From the NCBI GenBank assembly GCA_964607675.1, contig CAZSLC010000011.1, positions 347 through 64,346 on the forward strand: a DNA stretch of 64,000 nt, given 5' to 3'. Below, one piece after another: positions 20,992-28,959 of the stretch (positions are counted from its first letter, which is position 1; each line of letters begins with the position of its first letter). A program made the translations under genes and the position numbers. The stretch is from an uncultured Muribaculaceae bacterium. Its GTDB lineage: Bacteria; Bacteroidota; Bacteroidia; Bacteroidales; UBA932. Below the pieces are notes generated by a model, which did not search any database, was not told the origin of the DNA, and worked only from the letters and a program-made list of their open reading frames with translations.

Positions 20992-22545
20992 TTAATCGAA
21001 GACGAATTCAAATTCATCTATGTAGAGGGTACTCCCCTCCCCTCCTGTGAAATAATCTGCATATTTGCTTGCTGTCGCCACGACAACACAATGCTTTGGT
21101 TTGCGACTATCTCTATAAACTAATTCAATTGAAAACTCTTTGTACCCCTTTGTATCTTTGTCATTGACAAGTTCCCCATAGGCGATAACACCAGAATCTG
21201 TGTTTGGGTCAATGAAATTTTTCTTACTTGTATCTACAATATAGGGTGTTTCCCAGTCTGTCAGCATAACAAAAATACGACATATATCTGACTGACCTGC
21301 CAAACTTGTATATGGTTCCTTCGTCTTGTTGATTAGCTGTGGAATATAACTGTAATGACCTTTTAAGTATTTTGGGCGAGAAGTATATGGGCGGCCAAAA
21401 CTGATTTTTGCATTTGTACCACTTCTCTCAACAAAAAAACCAGAATAAACATTGCCACCTGCAAGAATGCCAAGTACCGAGGCAGAGGTCAACTTTGCAG
21501 CTTTCTTGCCAGAGCCACTAACTGCGACAACTGTTTCCTCAGGTGAAGTTGGATTCGTCTCTGTAAGTGTGTTGGCACCGATATTTCCACTATCCCAGAT
21601 ATAATTGGATGAGGATAAATCTTTGTCAGGGAACCAGTTTTTTCCACTTTTAAACCAATCGTCAAAGCTCATATTTGGTAACTGAGCATCTAACTCTGTA
21701 GTAAAACTTTTCACCTCTCCACTATTGCCACCTGCAGTAGCCTTATAGTTGTACTCAACACCTGGGGTAAGAGGGGACAAAGAGGTTGAAAATGACGAGC
21801 CGTCGATAGTAATTTTGGAAAAGGGAACTTCTACCCACTCACTGTCAGTTGCTTTTTTATAGAGAAAGGTGGGACTTCCCATCGATGCCACATACGTTCC
21901 ATAGATAGTAGCATGTTTGGCCCACGCATCGGCATGGTTTGTCTCCAAAGATGGAGTGGTCTGAACTATCTGAACTTTCCACAACTCTATTTTACCATTA
22001 TACAACACCGAAAAAGAGACAACTCTTGTAAAGTCATGAACAGTAGAAGGATCGGGACTTATGACACTGTTAATAGGGCCCAATTTGATCTCCTTGATAA
22101 CAATATTTTTCAATGATTGCGCATTAGATACTTTTATTAGGGCTGTTTTAGAGTCAATATCAAAGAGTGTCTCTCCAACTTGATTCTCTACCTTTATGTA
22201 TCTTTCTACTTTTTGTGTAGCTTTAATGGTCCAAACATAATCTTGATACGTTGTAAGGGTATATTGAAAATCTTTTGAAAGATCAATGTGAGACGAAAGC
22301 TCTGGTGATACCTTTGCATTGTTCGAAACTTCCATCCGTAACAATCTTACATTGCTAAGAATCACAGTGTCCTCGACCTCGATTGAAACTGTCCTATATT
22401 TTGAGTCAATAACAGACTCTCCCTTTTGACCAGCGACCTCAAATGCAGTAATGTCACCATGAACGATTGGATATGGAATATCGTTTTTAATACACGAATT
22501 GAGTAATGACACAAAAAATAAAAAGATTATTAGATACTTTTTCAT
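20992..22545 (-). CDS. Surface lipoprotein, Fn3-like plus C-terminal PCMD-like domain (gene E, last of a 5-gene operon)
   Basis: Lipobox LLNSC. C-terminal 230 aa (QLPNMSFDDWFKSGKNW..YIDEFEFVFD) are 173/230 identical to the C-terminus of the 23330-25456 product. I recognise this as resembling the Bacteroides PCMD (putative carbohydrate metabolism) domain. Confidence 0.7.
   Translation of the reverse strand: MKKYLIIFLFFVSLLNSCIKNDIPYPIVHGDITAFEVAGQKGESVIDSKYRTVSIEVEDTVILSNVRLLRMEVSNNAKVSPELSSHIDLSKDFQYTLTTYQDYVWTIKATQKVERYIKVENQVGETLFDIDSKTALIKVSNAQSLKNIVIKEIKLGPINSVISPDPSTVHDFTRVVSFSVLYNGKIELWKVQIVQTTPSLETNHADAWAKHATIYGTYVASMGSPTFLYKKATDSEWVEVPFSKITIDGSSFSTSLSPLTPGVEYNYKATAGGNSGEVKSFTTELDAQLPNMSFDDWFKSGKNWFPDKDLSSSNYIWDSGNIGANTLTETNPTSPEETVVAVSGSGKKAAKLTSASVLGILAGGNVYSGFFVERSGTNAKISFGRPYTSRPKYLKGHYSYIPQLINKTKEPYTSLAGQSDICRIFVMLTDWETPYIVDTSKKNFIDPNTDSGVIAYGELVNDKDTKGYKEFSIELVYRDSRKPKHCVVVATASKYADYFTGGEGSTLYIDEFEFVFD
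20995..21684 (-). repeat. Paralogous ~690-bp segment, copy 1 (encodes the C-terminal PCMD-like domain)
   Basis: Collinear with 23333-24022 without indels. About 75% aa identity by manual alignment, with long near-identical DNA runs (e.g. ggccaaaact.atttttgcatttgtacc). Confidence 0.8.
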
Positions 22546-23333
22546 TTGACCTTCTTATTATCCGACTTATTTCCCAAAACATATGGGATAACAAATGAAA
22601 CCCCAATATTTATTGAAAAGAGATCTATTTTAAAATCTGCTGAGCTTGTCTCATAACTCCCCTCTATCACTTGGTTTGTAAGTTGAGTAACTTTCTTATA
22701 ATTGAGTCCCATGATACCAACTGAGACCTCAACAGCCAAATCATTTGTAACGAAAGCAATCAAACCAGGGACTACACCAATGCCTAATTCAAATATATTT
22801 TGAAACGTACCTACAAGCTCCTCCCCTTTACCTGAAATTAGCTTGCTCTGTCCAGCTCCAGCAGTAAGTGCTATCTCATTGAAAAACCCAAATCTCATAC
22901 TATTTCCCAATGAAATATAATTTCTAAATGTCAATGCCCCATAATATGTATGGGCAAGATTGTAAAAATCCTTTATCTCAAGTCCAAGATCTTCATTGAT
23001 ATTTAATGAGGCATTATCCAGTTTTATAAGGCTTCTTTTATAGACAAATTTAGCCCCAGCAGCAAGGTTGTCACCAAAGAAAAAAGAGATATATGGACTT
23101 GCTTTCAATGAAAATCCACTTGCATTTAAATCTTCAAGAACTAAAAACTTATAATCAAAGAACTTGTAGTCTTTGTACGATATCGTACCTCCAAATTCGA
23201 GACTCCCTTTAGGAATAAAAACTGGAGCATTTTTTATATCTATCCCTCTATCAAATTTTTGACCATATGATGTTATTGAAATCGAGGTGATAAAAATAAC
23301 AAAAACTAAAATTCTATGAAATTGTTTTATCAT
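22542..23333 (-). CDS. Putative small outer-membrane beta-barrel protein (gene D of the lipoprotein operon)
   Basis: SPI-type signal peptide (..SITSYGQ). About 240 aa of alternating hydrophobic strands with Gly/aromatic girdles. ATGA overlaps with both neighbours. Confidence 0.55.
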   Translation of the reverse strand: MIKQFHRILVFVIFITSISITSYGQKFDRGIDIKNAPVFIPKGSLEFGGTISYKDYKFFDYKFLVLEDLNASGFSLKASPYISFFFGDNLAAGAKFVYKRSLIKLDNASLNINEDLGLEIKDFYNLAHTYYGALTFRNYISLGNSMRFGFFNEIALTAGAGQSKLISGKGEELVGTFQNIFELGIGVVPGLIAFVTNDLAVEVSVGIMGLNYKKVTQLTNQVIEGSYETSSADFKIDLFSINIGVSFVIPYVLGNKSDNKKVK

Positions 23334-25456
23334 TCAAAAGAAAATTGAAATTCGTCAACATAAAGTTTACTACCAACACCTCCTGTAAAGAAATCAGCAT
23401 ATTTACTTGCTGTCGCAACCACAACACAATGTTTTGGTTTTTTATCATTTCTATATACTAAATTGATGGTAAACTCTTTGTATCCATTTGTATTAGATTC
23501 TTCAACAAGTTCTCCGTAAGCAATAATACCTGGTTCTGTTTCTGGGTTGATAAAGTTCTTCTTGCCAGTATCAACTACGTATGGAGAATCCCAATCTGTT
23601 AACATTACAAATATATGACATTTATCCATTTGTCCTGCCAAATTGGTATATGGATCCTTTGTTTTATCAATAGCTACAGGGGCATAATTGTAATATCCTT
23701 TCAGTGCAGTTGGCCTTGATGTATAAGGACGGCCAAAACTAATTTTTGCATTTGTACCTGACCTCTCAACGAAGTAACCCGAATAAACATTTCCACCAGC
23801 CAACACCCCTAATACTGAAGAAGATACCAATTTTGCAGCCTTCTTCCCTGATCCCGAAACAGCCAATAGATTCTCCTCAGGGGCAGTCGGGTTAATCTCC
23901 GACAATGTATTTGCACCAGCATTTCCACTATCCCATATAAAATTTGCAGCAGTTAAATCAGCGTCAGGGTACCAATTTTTGCCACTCTTGAACCAGTTGT
24001 CAAAGCTCATATTGGGAAGCTGGGCAACTGTCTCCGTGGTGAAAGAGATGATGTTGGAGTTCTCTGCAGCACTTATTGCTCTGCACTGATACTGCGTATT
24101 AGGTTCGAGAGAGGTGATTTTAAATGAATATTTCACTCCATCTTCAGTGTATGAACCACTCGTTTTGGTCCATGCTGCATCTGAGCTCTTTTTGTACTCA
24201 AACCCAATTCCTTCTGGGCGCGTCACGGTATTCCACTGAGCTGTTACATAGGCAAACTTAGCCCATGGATCCACGGAGAGTGTACTTACTTCAACATCAG
24301 GGATAACTTTGATTGTAAATGGAACTCTAACATATTGTGACTGATTGTCAATAATATCTATATTGAAAAGATACTCTCCCAATGGTAATTTGGACAACAA
24401 GGTTTTGAAATCTACAACAACTCTATTGTTCCCAATCTTAAAATCTGACCAAGAAATACCAGCATTGTTGATTGTCATCTTTAAATAATCAGATATCTCC
24501 TCAATATTGAACGAATATGGGATACCCGAACCAAGTAACACTTGTGAATTGTGGGAGATAGAGAGTTTTCTTATCCCTGCTTGCGAATTAATATTTAAAG
24601 CTCCAAATAAAGCACTCTGATATGGCACAGTCAATGGCGAGGCAATATCGAACCCTTCACCCTCAACTGTAGGGGCAGGTTTCTTTGACAAAGAGATGGT
24701 GCATGAATACTCTTTGTAATTAGTTGAAGGATCGTATGAGATATTGATTTGTGAACCTCCTGTGTTGCTACTTCCACTCTCATCAACGTTAAAGTTAAGT
24801 ATATAGTGCTCTCTTGGGTTCACAGGGGATATGAGGTTTGACACCTTATATGTGACACCATTTTTGTTTGTTAGTGACACTTCCCAGTTGATTGTTCCTG
24901 AACATTTGAAATAACCAGATTTATTGATTGTGCCAAGCTCTTCACTGTATATTAGGTTTCCAAGCTCATTATTATTGGTGATAACAGCGACAATTTTAGG
25001 AAATGCTTTCTTTACTGCTTCGGAAAATTTAAGGGAGACCTTGACATTGGAAAGGGTACATACAATTGAGGATGATACCTGCTTGCCAGCTACAATGGTC
25101 ACAGTGTCTTTTCCAGAGTAAAAAGGTTTGTCAAATCCAGCTTCAACACTTTCGCCATTTGATGCCGTAATGATATATTTGCCTACTTTCAACTTGAGAG
25201 GTTGTGTCTCAAATTCATGATGATCATTGGTTTTCTTAACGATAACGCCTGAGGCAGAATCTGCTATAGAAACTGCAAAAATAGGATCTACAACTTCTTC
25301 AGATTTTACCACAATATTTTCCCCCTCTTGCTGCCCAAAGCTCAACGAAAGATACCCCTCATCATAATCAAGCGGTGGTCTTTCTACCTTATTGCATGAA
25401 AATAAAGCAGCAATTAAAAAAGAAAAAATGATATATTTATATATTGATAACTTCAT
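23330..25456 (-). CDS. Surface lipoprotein: DUF4493-like N-domain, middle domain, Fn3-like, PCMD-like (gene C)
   Basis: Lipobox AALFSC. N-terminal region (..GKYIITASNGESVEAGFDKPFYSGKDTVTIVAGKQVSSSIVCTLSNVKVSLKF) is typical of what I recall as DUF4493. The C-terminus is paralogous to gene E. Confidence 0.7.
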   Translation of the reverse strand: MKLSIYKYIIFSFLIAALFSCNKVERPPLDYDEGYLSLSFGQQEGENIVVKSEEVVDPIFAVSIADSASGVIVKKTNDHHEFETQPLKLKVGKYIITASNGESVEAGFDKPFYSGKDTVTIVAGKQVSSSIVCTLSNVKVSLKFSEAVKKAFPKIVAVITNNNELGNLIYSEELGTINKSGYFKCSGTINWEVSLTNKNGVTYKVSNLISPVNPREHYILNFNVDESGSSNTGGSQINISYDPSTNYKEYSCTISLSKKPAPTVEGEGFDIASPLTVPYQSALFGALNINSQAGIRKLSISHNSQVLLGSGIPYSFNIEEISDYLKMTINNAGISWSDFKIGNNRVVVDFKTLLSKLPLGEYLFNIDIIDNQSQYVRVPFTIKVIPDVEVSTLSVDPWAKFAYVTAQWNTVTRPEGIGFEYKKSSDAAWTKTSGSYTEDGVKYSFKITSLEPNTQYQCRAISAAENSNIISFTTETVAQLPNMSFDNWFKSGKNWYPDADLTAANFIWDSGNAGANTLSEINPTAPEENLLAVSGSGKKAAKLVSSSVLGVLAGGNVYSGYFVERSGTNAKISFGRPYTSRPTALKGYYNYAPVAIDKTKDPYTNLAGQMDKCHIFVMLTDWDSPYVVDTGKKNFINPETEPGIIAYGELVEESNTNGYKEFTINLVYRNDKKPKHCVVVATASKYADFFTGGVGSKLYVDEFQFSFE
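23333..24022 (-). repeat. Paralogous ~690-bp segment, copy 2
   Basis: See copy 1 (20995-21684). Confidence 0.8.
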
Positions 25457-25467
25457 AATGATAGAAA

Positions 25468-26691
25468 TTAGGCCACCCTTTTAATTGTGATTGTCTTAGA
25501 GAGAACATTGCCATTTGCATCTTTTACAGCGATAACAAATTGATGGGTTTGTTGCTCGACAGGAATATTTGATTCAATCAAAGCCATGAAACCACCTATT
25601 GAAAATGAATATGATGTTTTTCCTGCGACAGGGCCATTGGCCAATAGACCCAACCCATTTACAAATTCTGCCTCAGCTGCACTCAGATTAGCCATATCGA
25701 ATGAAGCGGGCAAAGACATATTAGATAACATTGTTTCGAGATACACAGAGTTTATTGTTACTTTTAGTTCTGAAATACCAGCAGCGGCACCTATTGCAAC
25801 ATCTATGACTGCAGTTTGAGATTGTGCATCTGTAATTGTCAAAGGTGCATCAATACCAGGGGCGGTGACGGTGATAGGATCCTCTGCAGGTGGGGTCACT
25901 GGGTTATCTCCACCATCTCCACCATCTCCACCTCCATCAACAGGACCTTCGTCCCAACCACCTATTATCACATCGTGCTGTCTGTTATTGAGGGTGTAAT
26001 CAACTGTTATTCCCGATTCCCCTATATTGATTTCTCCTGTCTCTTTTGCATCTATTTTCAATACGTGGTGATCTTTTGCTGCCACCTCTACTATCTGGAA
26101 TTGATGATTTACGACAGAGCCACCGAGTTTTCTTGTTCCTTGTACAAATACTGTCATCGGAGCTACTTTGAAATAGCCTGAAAGCTCTCCAACTACTGCA
26201 GCCTTATCATAAACTAAAAAGCCATAATCGGTAGAAACAGTAATTGTGAAATCATCATTTAACTCTCTGATAAATCTTTCGGTACAAAGTATTGTAACTT
26301 TCATATTTTTCAGTGTACATACGAGATCCAAATCTACCATTGAGCCCGACTCTATTTTAAAGGCTTGATTACCAGCATAGAGTGGTTGACTAAAAGCGGC
26401 ATCTTTATTACCTGGCGAGTTGGCAGATATTGTATAATTGCCTGGGTCAAGAACTAATACTGAGGGCATACTTGAAAATTTGTCCCAACTCTCTACCTCA
26501 ACACCAGCATTGTCTTTAAGTGAGACTGCAAAATCTTTGACATTCACTACGTCTTCTGATTTTGTAGCAGTGAATTCTCCATCCGAATGAATATTTAGTG
26601 TTAGCTCACCACTCTCTTTTGTAACAATCTCTTTATTGCAAGCGGTGAGGACAACTCCTAATAGAGCAAAGGTTAATAGTAACTTCTTCAT
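25468..26691 (-). CDS. Surface lipoprotein: DUF4493-like N-domain, Gly/Asp linker, shared middle domain (gene B)
   Basis: Start set at ATG 26691 (MKKLLLTFALLGVVLTAC lipobox). GNYTISANSPGNKDAAFSQPLYAGNQAFKIESGSMVDLDLVCTLKNMKVTI parallels genes A and C. GGGDGGDGGD linker. Confidence 0.7.
   Translation of the reverse strand: MKKLLLTFALLGVVLTACNKEIVTKESGELTLNIHSDGEFTATKSEDVVNVKDFAVSLKDNAGVEVESWDKFSSMPSVLVLDPGNYTISANSPGNKDAAFSQPLYAGNQAFKIESGSMVDLDLVCTLKNMKVTILCTERFIRELNDDFTITVSTDYGFLVYDKAAVVGELSGYFKVAPMTVFVQGTRKLGGSVVNHQFQIVEVAAKDHHVLKIDAKETGEINIGESGITVDYTLNNRQHDVIIGGWDEGPVDGGGDGGDGGDNPVTPPAEDPITVTAPGIDAPLTITDAQSQTAVIDVAIGAAAGISELKVTINSVYLETMLSNMSLPASFDMANLSAAEAEFVNGLGLLANGPVAGKTSYSFSIGGFMALIESNIPVEQQTHQFVIAVKDANGNVLSKTITIKRVA
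25906..25938 (-). repeat. In-frame 9-bp tandem repeat (atctccacc x3 plus a partial unit) encoding GGDGGDGGD
   Basis: Direct reading of 25906-25938. Confidence 0.75.
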
Positions 26692-26719
26692 ATAGTTGTA
26701 ATTCTTTATTATCAATTTA

Positions 26720-28843
26720 TTATTTTTCATATAACATAGTAATGTCATCAATTGTCAAAATGCTACCAGCATATACTTTATAATCACCAGCTGGGATGGT
26801 AACTGTTTTTTTAGAACATTTAGGACTACCAGAACAAGATAAAAACTCAATCTGAATAGATGTAGCCGTCAATGAGGTGTTTGAGTATGTGAGATTAACC
26901 TCCCCTTTGGTATAAGATGACACTGTCGCTCCATTAGTGAGGGATCCAGTAGCTATAACAGTACTACCATTCAATACCTTCACCGTTGCAGAAAAACTCT
27001 CACCTTCATTAGGGGCATATTTGTAATAAAACTCCATTTTTGTAGGACGGGAAGTAAATGAATGCCCCGTACCTGAGACAGAACCATCATCAGCCGTTGT
27101 CCCAATAAATAATTTACCAACTGTACTACCAGAACCAACTATCTCAGAATTAGCATTATTAACAGCAATACTCATCACCTGTGCCGCTTTCGAGCCGCTT
27201 CTTGAAGATGAAGTGTAGCTTGTGGTAGGGAAACATTTATAGTTAGGGTACGCCACAGTGATAGAGGTAGGCATAGTAGCTATATTGTTGGAGTCCCACC
27301 ATTGATCAGCTGTCCATGGTTGATAGAAAGGTTGATTGTACTTGCTGAGTCCCCCTTTTGCTGTTCTTGTCCCTGAGGTCCAATCCTCAAATCCGCCGTT
27401 CCCAACCTGCATCTGATTCTCAGTTTTAAACTGCATATTAGAGGAAATTCCATAATTGTATGTGCCCCTCACATAATATGTAGTATTTGATGAGAGACCA
27501 GTGATATTAAATAGTGCGTTTTTGCCCGATACCGAACTCGTATATTGAGGGACACTCCAAGATAACCCATCTACAGATACTTCTGGCTTCAATAAAGATG
27601 GATTTCCCTTAACAACGGATAGTGTAACATCGGCCGATTTAGCCCACACAGAAGATGAAACAACATCAGAAATTGCAATTTGTCCCTTTTCTACATTTAT
27701 ATAAACTGTATCCTTTTTCACTTGGTCATAAATATCGGTAACAATAATTTCAAATGTATTGGATGCCTTTTCTGGGGTTGTATATTTAAAATTCTTTATA
27801 ATGTTTTTAAAATTGAGGCTTGCCATCTTAGCATTTTTCAACTCTTGTGTCCAGGCAAATCCAGAATTAGTCAATAAGGAAGCATCAGCACTACTTACAT
27901 TTAATAAATCATATTCAGCAGCCCATCCCTGATCAGTTAGATAAGGAGAGGTAACTTTCATGATACACCCTTTTATCCCAGCAGGAGAGGCAATCGACAA
28001 AGAAGCTGATGATGGATCAACCCCCTCCACTTCTGTCAAAATGCCTGTTGTCTGATCAAACCCTTGAAGGACAAATGATGGCGGATCCTTTGGAAGCATG
28101 TAAGATGGTAAATCTATTGTTACATTTTTATCATCCGTTGACGTATTTATCGTGATAGTTAGTGTCACAGTCACTGTTGGGGCCTCTTTTGTATCGACAT
28201 TGAAGGTCATAAAATCTGCAGCATCAACAGCTATTGGAGCTGAAGTGAAAAGATGCTCTTTGTTATCTAACTTTGATTTGGCATAGACCACCACTACAAC
28301 ATCTCCTTTTTGGACATAACCTGACTCGGTGGTATTCGATAGAAATTTGAGTGAATCAGAGTATGATTTATTCTTTACACTCACCCAATAGTCTGTATAA
28401 TCACTCTTTATGTTGGCACCATAGCTAATAGCTACTTTAGCGTTGCCCTGCTTGCACACTACAGAAACCTCTTTAGTAGTCTGAGGATCAACAGTAAACT
28501 TTTTCTCACCTTTGAAGAAAAAAGAAGAAAAACCTGCTTTGGTAGAATCTCCATAAGTAGCTCTTATTGAATACTCACCTGCATTCATGGCCACTTTCTT
28601 TCCACTTATTTCAGAATAATTATTCCATCTTTTGAAAATTACATTTTTTGAATTGATTAACTCAACCTTAAATGTACTAACATCGAGAGTCGGGACTTCT
28701 GCTTTAGTTTTTAAATCAGTTTTTTCTGTTGAAAGAGAAAATTCTATTTCAGACTCGTCTAAAGGGTTAGTGTTCGTCCTTTTCTCGCAAGATGTTATTG
28801 ACAAAATCGCTATAAGAGAAATAAATAGGGTCCTTTTATTCAT
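26720..28843 (-). CDS. Surface lipoprotein: DUF4493-like N-domain, middle domain, Fn3-like, divergent PCMD-like (gene A, first of the operon)
   Basis: Lipobox LSITSC. GEYSIRATYGDSTKAGFSSFFFKGEKKFTVDPQTTKEVSVVCKQGNAKVAI. Fn3-like WAKSADVTLSV..LSSNTTYYVRGTY. C-terminal GNGGFEDWT.. domain. Confidence 0.7.
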   Translation of the reverse strand: MNKRTLFISLIAILSITSCEKRTNTNPLDESEIEFSLSTEKTDLKTKAEVPTLDVSTFKVELINSKNVIFKRWNNYSEISGKKVAMNAGEYSIRATYGDSTKAGFSSFFFKGEKKFTVDPQTTKEVSVVCKQGNAKVAISYGANIKSDYTDYWVSVKNKSYSDSLKFLSNTTESGYVQKGDVVVVVYAKSKLDNKEHLFTSAPIAVDAADFMTFNVDTKEAPTVTVTLTITINTSTDDKNVTIDLPSYMLPKDPPSFVLQGFDQTTGILTEVEGVDPSSASLSIASPAGIKGCIMKVTSPYLTDQGWAAEYDLLNVSSADASLLTNSGFAWTQELKNAKMASLNFKNIIKNFKYTTPEKASNTFEIIVTDIYDQVKKDTVYINVEKGQIAISDVVSSSVWAKSADVTLSVVKGNPSLLKPEVSVDGLSWSVPQYTSSVSGKNALFNITGLSSNTTYYVRGTYNYGISSNMQFKTENQMQVGNGGFEDWTSGTRTAKGGLSKYNQPFYQPWTADQWWDSNNIATMPTSITVAYPNYKCFPTTSYTSSSRSGSKAAQVMSIAVNNANSEIVGSGSTVGKLFIGTTADDGSVSGTGHSFTSRPTKMEFYYKYAPNEGESFSATVKVLNGSTVIATGSLTNGATVSSYTKGEVNLTYSNTSLTATSIQIEFLSCSGSPKCSKKTVTIPAGDYKVYAGSILTIDDITMLYEK

Positions 28844-28877
28844 AAGTCTAATCTCTAATTATTAAATAAATAAGTTA

Positions 28878-28885
28878 CAAATATA
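28878..28885 (-). promoter_or_regulatory. -7 promoter box (TATATTTG) for the lipoprotein operon
   Basis: Exact TAnnTTTG on the minus strand, 34 nt upstream of ATG 28843. Confidence 0.4.
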
Positions 28886-28945
28886 GCTAAAAAAAATATT
28901 TCTCCTCATTTTTGTAAAAAAGTCACATTTTATGAGTAATCTTAC

Positions 28946-28953
28946 TACTTTTG
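28946..28953 (+). promoter_or_regulatory. Possible -7 box (TACTTTTG) for parE, implying a near-leaderless mRNA
   Basis: Exact TAnnTTTG, but only 6 nt before ATG 28960. Confidence 0.3.
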
Positions 28954-28959
28954 CAGATT

